Positions 8,995-18,400 are shown, numbered from the stretch's first letter. The stretch: 39,681 nt of DNA from Coleofasciculus sp. B1-GNL1-01 (GCA_040220235.1 JAVJTO010000007.1); one strand, 5' to 3'. Notes: a model not told the origin generated them from the letters alone. Numbers and translations: made by a program.

Positions 8995-9732
8995 ATGAAT
9001 AATCCATTTGACAAATATCAGATTAGTCCCCATAAGTTAGGGATACTCAGAAACCTGATGATGATGACGACAGGCGCTACAGTAGTTATCGCCCTGATTT
9101 TTGGCATTGGGTTATGGCGCACCGGGTCTCGTTTTTTGGGACAAGTGACAACCCTATTTAGCACCCCTCAACCCGCACCCGAAGTTGACGTGCGCTCCTT
9201 GATTGTCCAGCAAGTGCGGGAGGCTAGCGACTTAACCACGGCGGTGTTTACGATGGAGGCAGTAGTTCCGACTCGTCAAGCTCGGACATTGGCAGGGTAT
9301 CCGATCGCGGAAACCACACTCCTTTATATTGCTTATGGTGAGGTGCGAGCTGGTGTCGATTTGGCAGAACTCAAACCAGAAAATGTGCAAACTGTCAATG
9401 ATACGCTGCAACTTCAACTGCCACCCCCCAAAATTTTAGATAGCAAAATTGACGTGAATCGGTCTCAGGTGTATGACTACGATCGCGGATTCTTGGGATT
9501 AGGTCCCGATACAGCACCCCAGTTGCAGATGTTGGCGCAACAAGAGACGTTGAAAAAAATTGTCTTCAATGCCTGTGAGCAAGGGGTATTAGACAAAGCC
9601 AACGAACGCGCCGAACTGGTTGTGAGTCAGTTGTTGACGACAGCCGGATATAAACAGGTGGAGGTAAATACTCAATCCCCTGTACCAGGTACTTGTCAGT
9701 CGGCGGCGTTAGCCTCTCAGCCTGGTAATTGA
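8995..9732 (+). CDS. DUF4230 domain membrane-anchored protein
   Basis: N-terminal TM; LLYIAYGEVRAGVDL, LPPPKILDSKID, ACEQGVLDKANERA; aaggag RBS. Confidence 0.85.
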   Translation: MNNPFDKYQISPHKLGILRNLMMMTTGATVVIALIFGIGLWRTGSRFLGQVTTLFSTPQPAPEVDVRSLIVQQVREASDLTTAVFTMEAVVPTRQARTLAGYPIAETTLLYIAYGEVRAGVDLAELKPENVQTVNDTLQLQLPPPKILDSKIDVNRSQVYDYDRGFLGLGPDTAPQLQMLAQQETLKKIVFNACEQGVLDKANERAELVVSQLLTTAGYKQVEVNTQSPVPGTCQSAALASQPGN

Positions 9733-9748
9733 GGAGATAGGGAGCAAT

Positions 9749-9772
9749 GTAGAGACGTGCCATGGCACGTCT
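9749..9772 (+). repeat. GTAGAGACG-type REP hairpin (family copies at 16101..16126, 21196..21222, 24307..24330)
   Basis: gtagagacgtgccatggcacgtct. Confidence 0.85.
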
Positions 9773-9802
9773 GGGAGATAGGTGTCAGATCAGGGAGATT
9801 TT

Positions 9803-9864
9803 GTAGGGGCGGGTTTCACTACTATCTTTTTGGTTACATCCAGATTTAACTAAACCCGCCCCGA
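9803..9864 (+). repeat. GTAGGGGCGGGTTT...AAACCCGCCCC long-loop REP (inverted copies at 19388..19449 and 22421..22483; degenerate copy at about 8842)
   Basis: Inverted arms ggggcgggttt / aaacccgcccc. The loop is similar to the reverse complement of the 19388 copy. Confidence 0.85.
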
Positions 9865-10125
9865 CTTGACATAAGACATAAGACGAATGACGAATGACCA
9901 ATTTTTTGTTCCAGAAGTCCCTCAGGAGGATTACGCTGGAATTAGAGGACTTGTAAATATACCAATGAAGATGCGTAGGAGTAGTATAAAACCTTACCAA
10001 AGGGACAATTCGCTAATCCAGTCCAGGCAAAAGCAGTCTACGCCATGCCATCAATTGGCGAATGCGGGTAAACCCCCTTTGTTGCATGGGGTTCCCAGTC
10101 GAATTCATGAGGACGTAATTTGACA

Positions 10126-10896
10126 ATGACTTACTGTCTGGGCATTATTAACCGTTTTGGTATAGTCTTAGCGGCAGACTCTCGCACCAATGCCGGGGTA
10201 GACTATATTTCTACTTACAATAAGCTTTTTGATTTTTCCCTGCCAGGAGAACGAGCGATTGTTATATGTACATCGGGAAACCTTTCGATTACCCAAGGGG
10301 TGATCAATCGGTTGCATCGGGATCTACAAAGTCAGGAAGAACTGAACATCCATTCCCTCCCGAATATGTATGAAGTGACTCGTTATATTGGCAGCAAACT
10401 GCGGCAAATTCAAGATCAAGACCGCCCTTGGTTAGAACGCGATCGCATTGATTTTAACTGTAGTTTGTTAGTCGGGGGTCAAATTCGCGGCGAAGCACCA
10501 CAACTCTATCTGATTTACACTCAAGGGAATTTTATTCAAGCCACACTGGAAACGCCATTTTTGCAAATTGGCGAAACCAAGTATGGCAAACCCATTCTCG
10601 ACCGAACTCTCACTTATGATATGCCCCTAGAGGCGGTTGCCAAGTGCGCTCTGCTGTCTATCGATTCAACCATGAAATCGAATATTTCAGTCGGACCTCC
10701 GATTAACTTGGTCATGTATGAAGCTGGCACATTTATGGCTCGCCAGAAACTGCAACTGCGCTTAGGTGATCCCTATCTGGCAAAGATTCGCAAATTGTGG
10801 GAAGATTCGTTACGACGGGCATTTGAATCCATGCCGAATATTGAATGGCAGCATCCAGTAGAGGATAATCAACAAGAAGATATTCTGATTGATTAA
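10126..10896 (+). CDS. Anbu proteasome-type (Ntn hydrolase) protease
   Basis: MTYC start (Thr1 nucleophile after Met removal), DSRTNAGVD, SGNLSITQ, QIGETKYGKPILDR, DSTMKSNISVGPP. The ATG at 10126 is preferred over the TTG at 10120. Confidence 0.92.
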   Translation: MTYCLGIINRFGIVLAADSRTNAGVDYISTYNKLFDFSLPGERAIVICTSGNLSITQGVINRLHRDLQSQEELNIHSLPNMYEVTRYIGSKLRQIQDQDRPWLERDRIDFNCSLLVGGQIRGEAPQLYLIYTQGNFIQATLETPFLQIGETKYGKPILDRTLTYDMPLEAVAKCALLSIDSTMKSNISVGPPINLVMYEAGTFMARQKLQLRLGDPYLAKIRKLWEDSLRRAFESMPNIEWQHPVEDNQQEDILID

Positions 10897-10922
10897 ATTC
10901 CCCATTCCCTGACAAATGACAA

Positions 10923-11816
10923 ATGACGAATGACAAAGGACAACTAACAAACCGATATTGGATTGGAGCGATCGCGGTTTTGGGAATGCTGGAGACGGCA
11001 TTTCTCACCGTGGTTGAATGGTTAGGAAAAGCAGGGGAGATTTGTCCCACTCATGGCTGTCAGGCGGTGCTAGAAAGTCCTTACGCCCAGGTTTTTGGAC
11101 TCCCTCTCCCCCTATTTGGGTTTCTTGGCTATACCACTTTGTTAGGGGTTTCCCTAGCACCCTTAGCGATTAAATCCTTGTCATCCGAGTGGGTGCAATC
11201 CAGTTGGCTAGTTATGCTGGCAATTACCACCTGTATGCTGGTGAGTAGCGGCTATCTGATGGTCGTGATGCTGTTTATTGTCAAGGGAATTTGTCCCTAC
11301 TGCATCGCCTCGGCGCTGTTGTCCTTAATCCTATTTCTGTGGACTACCATCGGTCATGATTGGCAAGATATTAAGCAAGTTACGCTGACAGGATTGGCGG
11401 TTGGTTTGCTGACGTTCACGGGGATAGTGGGAGTCTATACTCAGGTTCCTAGCGCTAGCGCTAATACAGGAGAATCCAGTCCACCCATTACCCATATCTC
11501 CGGTGCGGCTGAACTCAGGTTAGCACGTCATTTGGACACTGTAGGGGCAAAGATGTATGGTGCATTTACTTGCCCTCATTGTCACGAACAAAAACAACTT
11601 TTTGGTCAAGCGGCATTTAATCAAATTGATTACATAGAATGCCATCCTCGTGGCAAGAATGCCCAACCCGAACGCTGTAAAGCTGCCAATATTAAAGGGG
11701 TTCCCACCTGGGAAATTAAGGGACAGTTTTATTCCGGGGTGCAACCCTTAGAACGATTGGCAGATATTTCGGGTTATCAGGGTTCAGAGGCGTTTAAGTA
11801 CGAGTTTCCTTATTAA
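10923..11816 (+). CDS. Vitamin K epoxide reductase (VKOR) fused to a thioredoxin-like domain (disulfide bond formation)
   Basis: Loop CPTHGC-xxVLxSPY, TM helices, CPYC, Trx MYGAFTCPHC, GVPTWEI. Confidence 0.93.
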   Translation: MTNDKGQLTNRYWIGAIAVLGMLETAFLTVVEWLGKAGEICPTHGCQAVLESPYAQVFGLPLPLFGFLGYTTLLGVSLAPLAIKSLSSEWVQSSWLVMLAITTCMLVSSGYLMVVMLFIVKGICPYCIASALLSLILFLWTTIGHDWQDIKQVTLTGLAVGLLTFTGIVGVYTQVPSASANTGESSPPITHISGAAELRLARHLDTVGAKMYGAFTCPHCHEQKQLFGQAAFNQIDYIECHPRGKNAQPERCKAANIKGVPTWEIKGQFYSGVQPLERLADISGYQGSEAFKYEFPY

Positions 11817-11830
11817 TCTGTTCACGGAAC

Positions 11831-12502
11831 TTATGAACACAATTGAGTGGAAAGTTCCCCGATTATATCCCGAAGTTCAGCAGAGGGATTATCTACCCGA
11901 TAGACTTCTTGCAGCGCATCTGACCAAAGTTGCTGTTTGCTAAAATAATTGGCTCGTTCTAATGCCATTTCTTCAGTCGTTGCCCCTTTTTCCTTCAATT
12001 GTGCGGCTAAAATAATCAATCGCACCCGAATGCGATCGCGCTGTTTGCCATTGAGGACGGTAAAGGGTATAAATCGTATAGGTTGGCTATCGTCTGCCTG
12101 ATCAAAAATGACCCAGTGGTAGGTTTGACCAGGTTCTAATGGATCTCCTGTATAACTTACACGATTCACGCTTTCTGTCTCACTGGCTGCAATGGGTTGA
12201 CGCCAAATCATCTGCTCACTATTTGCCTGACGAATGCCAATTCCACCGATTTTTCCTTGCCAAACAAATACGGGGCGATTATGCCAAAGTGTAGCTGAAT
12301 TTCTATGGTATTCTGGTGTAATTAGGCAAAGTTCAACAGGTCGTGAGCCTAAGGGCGGATCTTCCTGGCGATTTAACAAGTCACGGCGAATGGTTCTCCA
12401 GGATACATCAGGATGAATAGGGGCGGTTAGCGCCAGCTTTGCTGAAGATAAAACGAGACAAGTTGTCAGAAATAAACACTGTATTCTGTTAAGATTCACC
12501 AT
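11831..12502 (-). CDS. DUF928-like secreted protein
   Basis: Signal peptide; GSRPVELCLITP, RPVFVW, LEPGQTYHW, YFSKQQLWSDAL; overlaps the stop of the upstream CHASE2 gene. Confidence 0.8.
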   Translation of the reverse strand: MVNLNRIQCLFLTTCLVLSSAKLALTAPIHPDVSWRTIRRDLLNRQEDPPLGSRPVELCLITPEYHRNSATLWHNRPVFVWQGKIGGIGIRQANSEQMIWRQPIAASETESVNRVSYTGDPLEPGQTYHWVIFDQADDSQPIRFIPFTVLNGKQRDRIRVRLIILAAQLKEKGATTEEMALERANYFSKQQLWSDALQEVYRVDNPSAELRDIIGELSTQLCS

Positions 12503-14954
12503 TCAATCGTCTCCAAAAAATAGGTAGTGCGTAAATCCAAATTGTAACCGATGGTAAAACCAAGGGAACCAATAGGGCGGCGGAAATATAAACCTGTAAG
12601 CTAATGATTCCATAAATAGCGGTGGCACTGGTTAATAGTAGTAACCCTTGTCCTGTCCGAATTTGTCGGCGTTCACTGATGAGTAATACCATTCCTTTAC
12701 CGAGAAATGCTGCAATACCAACCATCCATAAATCTGGTATGGGAATTACTAATCGCTGGCTTAATAAATGGTGCATGGTATAGGCATGAGATTCACCCCC
12801 TGTATATACAGGGGGATAATTCAGGTGCGGATTTTGCGATCGCCAATAGTCTACAGCCATAGGAATGGGAAAGTTATCACTCCCTCCATCGGTTACCCCA
12901 GCTTGGTCATATCCGCCCGCCGCAATCAGGACAACTTGCTGGTTTAATTGTGCCGCTGTTGGTGCATTATCGGTATTTTCTAGTAACTCCCAAGCGGCAA
13001 TTGTTTGATACGCATAATCGGGGGGAATGGAAAAATCAATAATTGGATATAACCAAAGTTGTTGAAAATTTCGCGATGGGTTCGTAATTGCAGGAAGACG
13101 CAACGGATGCAAAAATTCCGTGAGGGAATTGGGTGCAGGATTGTTGTCTAAATAGTGAATGAATCGGGTGCGGAAATCTGCCGATGAATCCGTCTCGGTT
13201 AATCGCTGCGGTTGGGGTAAATTTGGATTAGGGGTTTGATTAGCGGCGTGGGCGAGGGCTAATAAATAAGCAAAGGAACAACTATCGGCACAATTGGCAT
13301 TAGGGGAGAGAAGTTTGGTATACCAAAGCGGCGCATTAATATAAGCCTCTAAACTCCAATTAGGGTGGGCGAGACTATCAATGATTCCTAGTTCTTCGTT
13401 CCCAGTTTTTGCCGAAGCAAAGACTAACCAGGTTTGTTTTTTATCAATGGATTGCTGAATAGACTGCGCCAGAACCTCATCTTCATCGGTGGGACTATCC
13501 AGGAGATAATCTAAGCCAATCACTTTGGCATCTAAGGCGGTAAGCTGATCAATAAGACGGGCTAAATAGGTGCGGTCAATAGGATTAATTCGTCGCGCAT
13601 CAATATTAGCGTGGATGAGAGACTCGCGATCAATATGCACTAAGAGAACAGGGGGAGATTTCTCTGTAGGAAGCTGTTCAGTAATGTTCCGGTAAACCGA
13701 CTGCATCCAAACCCGCCGTTCCAGTAGAAAATCTTGCACCCCAGGGCGTAAACTAAGAAACATGAGAACCAAAAGTGCGATCGCTTCAGGTTTCGTCGGT
13801 AACCAACGTTTTATCCGTTGCTTCCAGCCTGTGGGTTCTAAGCGAAAGGGGGGCGCGTCAGGATGGCGAAATAGGGAGGGAACTAGATAGGCGCTAGGAT
13901 AGGTGAGATGCTTTTCTAACTTGAGATACTGACAGGCTTCCCGCAGAGAGTCTTGCACATCATGAAACTGGGCTAACCGTTGCAGAAACTGCACCAGGAA
14001 TTCTTGGGCGACTTGGTTGTGAATCGGTTCTCGCATCACCGCCACCTGAGGAAAGCCCAAATCAATCAGGGAATTGGCTAAACTGAGTCCATTACAGGAG
14101 TTAAACAGGGCAAACTGTAAGCCGCGTTCCTTGGCGATTTTCAGAGGGGTGACGATTTCACTGAAATTCAGAGACACTCCGGGCGCGATCGCAAACTCTC
14201 CTCCGGTTAAGATGGTTTCATTACTATGACCTGCGAAAAATAAGATATCCCAGCCTTGTGTATCGGTGATTTGCTTGACAATTTCCGTTTTTAATGATTC
14301 AGTGTCCTGTCCCGGTTGCCAACCGACAAACACAACCTCAGCCATTCCAGAGAGCGATCGCACCGCCTCTTGATCCGCATTAAAATTTAATCCGGTATCA
14401 TCTCCCCAAATCACCAAAACCCGCGCCCGTCGCCGCCGCCTGGGTGTGACAGTGGTGCCTTGAATGGTTAGAGGGGTTCGCAGGATATGAATTTGACCCT
14501 GTACCGCAAACTCCGTCCCAATTTCCCAAGCTTCCCAGGGTAATCGGGCAAGTTCTAGGGGATTACAGGTAATAAAAATTTCAATAATCGGCGTAGTGTC
14601 TTGTATCCCCTGATCTCGAACCGCCTGAACGATACGAGAACGAAGTTCAAACAACTCCCCTCGCCGCAACCATTGATGAAACTCGTAGAGTAATTTTGCC
14701 TCAGCTTGAACCAGTTTAGCGTGCCAATCGACAGGGGGTTTCCTCAAGTTCCCCATCTGAGACACCCGCCCTCGCAGCGCTTGCTTATAGAAACTCAGAT
14801 AGACTGAACTCCACTCCTGATACAGTGTGGTTAGGGTTTCTGGATAGGGTACAGTCACACCAATTTGTTGTCCTCGTCCCCAGGACAACTCAAACAGACA
14901 AGCCTGTTCGACGCGCTGAACTTTGAGATGGAACACAAAACGGTTGGGAGTCAT
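12489..14954 (-). CDS. CHAT (caspase-like) domain-TM-CHASE2 sensor-TM membrane protein
   Basis: LARLPWEAW, ILFFAGHS, LFNSCNG, VMREPI (CHAT); PPVLLVHID, RTYLARLIDQL..AKVIGLDYLLD, GGESHAY (CHASE2); C-terminal TMs. The ATG at 14954 is preferred over the track start 14984. Confidence 0.9.
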   Translation of the reverse strand: MTPNRFVFHLKVQRVEQACLFELSWGRGQQIGVTVPYPETLTTLYQEWSSVYLSFYKQALRGRVSQMGNLRKPPVDWHAKLVQAEAKLLYEFHQWLRRGELFELRSRIVQAVRDQGIQDTTPIIEIFITCNPLELARLPWEAWEIGTEFAVQGQIHILRTPLTIQGTTVTPRRRRRARVLVIWGDDTGLNFNADQEAVRSLSGMAEVVFVGWQPGQDTESLKTEIVKQITDTQGWDILFFAGHSNETILTGGEFAIAPGVSLNFSEIVTPLKIAKERGLQFALFNSCNGLSLANSLIDLGFPQVAVMREPIHNQVAQEFLVQFLQRLAQFHDVQDSLREACQYLKLEKHLTYPSAYLVPSLFRHPDAPPFRLEPTGWKQRIKRWLPTKPEAIALLVLMFLSLRPGVQDFLLERRVWMQSVYRNITEQLPTEKSPPVLLVHIDRESLIHANIDARRINPIDRTYLARLIDQLTALDAKVIGLDYLLDSPTDEDEVLAQSIQQSIDKKQTWLVFASAKTGNEELGIIDSLAHPNWSLEAYINAPLWYTKLLSPNANCADSCSFAYLLALAHAANQTPNPNLPQPQRLTETDSSADFRTRFIHYLDNNPAPNSLTEFLHPLRLPAITNPSRNFQQLWLYPIIDFSIPPDYAYQTIAAWELLENTDNAPTAAQLNQQVVLIAAGGYDQAGVTDGGSDNFPIPMAVDYWRSQNPHLNYPPVYTGGESHAYTMHHLLSQRLVIPIPDLWMVGIAAFLGKGMVLLISERRQIRTGQGLLLLTSATAIYGIISLQVYISAALLVPLVLPSVTIWIYALPIFWRRLNGES

Positions 14955-15070
14955 AGTCGATGAGAATCGCCAATTGGCAACCAAAATGCCTCGTGTCTTG
15001 ATTTTATCTCTCAGCCATAAAGTTGGACTTTGGACAAAAAAAGCCCCAAGTATTCAGCAGACCCTAATTA

Positions 15071-15140
15071 TAACCAATGACCAATGACCAATGACCAATG
15101 ACCAATGACCAATGACCAATGACCAATGACCAATGACCAT
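15071..15140. repeat. Heptamer short tandem repeat (TGACCAA x about 10), cyanobacterial STRR type
   Basis: Directly visible; related heptamer runs at about 9866-9901, 10910-10943, 21111-21135 and 31848-31876. Confidence 0.95.
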
Positions 15141-15142
15141 TC

Positions 15143-18100
15143 TCAAGCCAATCCCTGAGAGACAAAACCAGCCCAATAATAGGGATGAGAAAAAGGCTGT
15201 TTCTCCTTTGCCAACGACTGCAAACGCTGCTGCTGTACCTGAATCTTATCCGCTAATTCCTGCCACTTCTGACACTCAGCCACATCACCTTTAACTTTTG
15301 CATGATTCCGCCGAGTCACCGCCTGATCATACTGCTGTTGCAACGACTTGCCCATCTCCCCTTGATAATTCCTGGCAAACTCCTCTCCAGTTAAATTCCG
15401 CAATTTAATCTGCCCCTGCTGTAACGCCTGAGAACGGCTCATCCCCGCCTGACGAAAATTGTAGTAAAAAATCGCTAACAGGGCGCTGGCTAAGTCCTCT
15501 ACCGACCACTGCGTACTCACCACACTCCTGGCTCCAGCACAGAGAAATCCGGTAGCTAAACTGAGTAAATCATCGGTCAGTTCGTTAACACTAAAATTGA
15601 CCTCACAGCAGCAGGCAAAGACATCGGATAAATTGGGCATTCGCCAACCGGGGCTGATGAGTTGACTCAAGGTTAGAGAACCATCCCCTAATACTAAATA
15701 AGAGTTTAGAGGTTGTGCAGGATTCGATGTGGCATGATGGCTAGAGTGGAGAACTTGCACCTGTGAGGCTAAGGTTTGGTATTCGGTTACTGTCGCCTTG
15801 CGCCCTTGCAGGCGTTTGTCAGCAGAAACGCCGTAGGATTGGGCTAGGGTTTCGCATTCGTAGCGGCTGAAAAGTAAGTCTTCTGTGGCATCTTCAACAA
15901 TACCCATTGTCGGCTGATTTTGGATTGGTGGGCGTTGCTGGCAATAGTAGAGAATTTGGCAGCTTGGTACAATGCGAATTCGGAATAAATCGCCTAAATA
16001 GGTGGTGGGAGTTACGGTTACTTTGGGTTGAAATTTTTTGCCAATCACTAACCCCCGTGTTTCTCCATTTCTCCGTGTTTTTCCCTCATTTCCTATCCTC
16101 GTAGAGACGTTCCGGTGGAACGTCTCATCCCGGTGGAACGTCTCATCCTGGTGGAACGTCTCATCCCGGTGGAACATCTCTATCCCATCAATCGGTAATG
16201 CAGCAAAAGGCATTTGATGTAAACGCAAATGAGGCACAATAATTAATTCCTCAATTCCGGTGAGATACTGATCAATCAAATCCTTTAACTGCAAACGCTG
16301 GGCAAGTTCTTTGAGAAATAAACCCATGTTTTCTCGCCATTCTGAATTTGAGCCAATATAATAGGGAATAAACCAGTTTTTACCTATCCAATTCTGGAAT
16401 GTTTTAATCCCCTGTCCTTGGCAGGTATAAACTTGTGGATTCTTATCCTTAAGCAGGATAAAAATATGAGTATCTTCTTGGGTGGTATAGAAACTCAGCA
16501 AAGCAGTAGTATCATTTGGGATTAACTCCTGCATCTGGTCTAAATTCAGATGTTCCACCTGAATTTGTCCCGCTAATACCGGATCATAACGGCGTAGTTG
16601 TTTCCAAACCTGTTGTTTTTGTTCCTCTAATCTCTGAATTTCTGCTTGGTTGGCGGTTAATGCTTCCCCATCGGGCAATCGACGACTCCTGGTTAATGCT
16701 GGCGTCGCTTCTGTTTGAGAACTAAACCGTAGGGCATTAATCCGCTGGTGCAGTTCCTCATAGTCGATTAACAATTCTTGGACTTCTGGCGTAATTTCTC
16801 CCCCTGGGTTAAGGATATCACTTGCCATCAATTCGACTAAGCGTTGACAACGGAAACGTTCGGTATATTCTAAAGCTTTGGCAATTTCACCAGTATTCAG
16901 ATAAGCTTGGATGATTCTTTCATAGACATAAATTGACTCCGTGAGAATTTCTTGGCGGCGTTCTTCATCTATCACCCAGTTGCGACTTTGTTCTACGGCT
17001 TTGATAGCTAGTTCGTAGCTTTGAATCGCCAAGTTAAAATCGTGATTATCCCAGGCGAGGTTGCCTAAATTACGGCTAGTTTGCAAGCAATCAATTGGGA
17101 AGTTATTAGGAGTATAGACAAGTAAAGCGTGATGATAATGGGCGATCGCCGCTTCTAAATTCTCTGCCCTATCCCCCCGTATTCTATATGAGTAGGCAAT
17201 CGCCAGATTGTTTTGAGTCATTGCCCAATCTTGGGGAAAGTCTGACTGGGTAAGCACAAGTAAAGCGTTATCATAATGTGCGATCGCCGCTTCTAAATTC
17301 TCTGCCCTATCCCCCCGTATTCTATTATTGTAGGCAGCCGCCAGATTGTTTTGAGTACCTGCCCATTGTTGGGGAAAGTCTGACTGGGTACGGACAAGTA
17401 AAGCGTTATGATAATGTGCGATCGCGGCTTCTAAATTCTCTGCCCTATCCCCGCGTATTCTATTACGGTAGGCAGCCGCCAGATTGTTTTGAGTCATTGC
17501 CCATTGTTGGGGAAAGTCTGACTGGGTAAAAACGGTAGCAACGGCTTGATAGCCAGCAATCGCAATTTCTTTGTTGCTGGCGATATTTCCTAAAGGAAAC
17601 TCTTGCATCAAATTACTGAAATCAAAAATAGTCGCAGCGATAAAATTGGCAGCGTCTGGTTCAATGTCAGCTAAGGTTTTCCTTGCCCCTGCTGTTAATA
17701 TCTGGGCAAAGTTATCATCCAGCTTATCCAGATTATTCTGTAGCAGAGGGTAGATTGACTGAGGACTGTTGTCAGTTGCGACTGCCTGCAATACAGACAT
17801 CAAGAAATCGAGATAGTCTTCAGGTGTTACCGAGGTTGAACCCAACCCTCCCAACTCCCCTTCATTACTAGAGAAGTGGGGAGTATTTCCCCCCTTTCCT
17901 TGCAGGAGAGGGGCAGGGGGAGAGGTTGAAGAAATTCCCAACATTTCCGCTAATTTTGCCGCTAACTTTAGTAACCAATTCGCGGCATTCTCATTTCCCG
18001 CCTCAGCCATTTGCGCCGCAACTACTACCATTATCTGCACAAACTCCTGATCCACTAATTCGGCGTTCGCCTGCAATAATGATACTTCTTCCCCATCGGG

Positions 18101-18157
18101 ACAAGTTAACAGGGATTCAATCAAATTAATATAGGCAGTCATTCGTTGTTCGTCCAT
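15143..18157 (-). CDS. TPR-repeat CHAT-domain (caspase-like) protein
   Basis: Three 46-aa TPR-like repeats (WAMTQNNLAxAYxxRIRGDRAENLEAAIAHY); LIIVPHLRLHQMPFAAL, LHSSHHA, FACCCE, GARSVVSTQWSVED, PFSHPYYWAGF. Confidence 0.93.
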   Translation of the reverse strand: MDEQRMTAYINLIESLLTCPDGEEVSLLQANAELVDQEFVQIMVVVAAQMAEAGNENAANWLLKLAAKLAEMLGISSTSPPAPLLQGKGGNTPHFSSNEGELGGLGSTSVTPEDYLDFLMSVLQAVATDNSPQSIYPLLQNNLDKLDDNFAQILTAGARKTLADIEPDAANFIAATIFDFSNLMQEFPLGNIASNKEIAIAGYQAVATVFTQSDFPQQWAMTQNNLAAAYRNRIRGDRAENLEAAIAHYHNALLVRTQSDFPQQWAGTQNNLAAAYNNRIRGDRAENLEAAIAHYDNALLVLTQSDFPQDWAMTQNNLAIAYSYRIRGDRAENLEAAIAHYHHALLVYTPNNFPIDCLQTSRNLGNLAWDNHDFNLAIQSYELAIKAVEQSRNWVIDEERRQEILTESIYVYERIIQAYLNTGEIAKALEYTERFRCQRLVELMASDILNPGGEITPEVQELLIDYEELHQRINALRFSSQTEATPALTRSRRLPDGEALTANQAEIQRLEEQKQQVWKQLRRYDPVLAGQIQVEHLNLDQMQELIPNDTTALLSFYTTQEDTHIFILLKDKNPQVYTCQGQGIKTFQNWIGKNWFIPYYIGSNSEWRENMGLFLKELAQRLQLKDLIDQYLTGIEELIIVPHLRLHQMPFAALPIDGIEMFHRDETFHQDETFHRDETFHRNVSTRIGNEGKTRRNGETRGLVIGKKFQPKVTVTPTTYLGDLFRIRIVPSCQILYYCQQRPPIQNQPTMGIVEDATEDLLFSRYECETLAQSYGVSADKRLQGRKATVTEYQTLASQVQVLHSSHHATSNPAQPLNSYLVLGDGSLTLSQLISPGWRMPNLSDVFACCCEVNFSVNELTDDLLSLATGFLCAGARSVVSTQWSVEDLASALLAIFYYNFRQAGMSRSQALQQGQIKLRNLTGEEFARNYQGEMGKSLQQQYDQAVTRRNHAKVKGDVAECQKWQELADKIQVQQQRLQSLAKEKQPFSHPYYWAGFVSQGLA
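16101..16182 (+). repeat. Intragenic REP plus three 18-bp tandem copies of its distal arm, in frame within the TPR-CHAT gene
   Basis: gtagagacgttccggtggaacgtctc followed by (atcc(c/t)ggtggaac(g/a)tctc)x3; encodes EMFHRDETFHQDETFHRDETFHRNVST. Confidence 0.9.
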
Positions 18158-18400
18158 GGGTGTTTCTCCTCGGCATTCAGAACATTTACATAAACCAAAG
18201 ATTGAACAGTTAAAGTAGGTTGGGTAGAGCGATAGCGAAACCCAACAAATTAAAATACTGAGTGGGTTACTCTACCCTTCAGGTTTTCCTCTAGAGTACA
18301 AGAAGGCTTTGCATACGTTGCTTAACCTCACTATATTTCAGCCTCATTTTCAAGGTAAGAGAAATTGAATTCTCATTTGTCAAAAAGGTTAAAGAAGTAT

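Noticed and set aside
9984..9997. GTA-N8-TAC (NtcA-like box) upstream of Anbu
   Set aside because: Only 6 informative bases, non-consensus flanks, and no clear -10 at the expected distance.
6765..15066. Perfect 16-bp inverted pair tagggtctgctgaata (6765) / tattcagcagacccta (15051) as ends of an 8.3-kb transposon
   Set aside because: It encloses ordinary chromosomal genes with no DDE transposase. More likely two independent ends of an abundant MITE family; a genome-wide count would decide.
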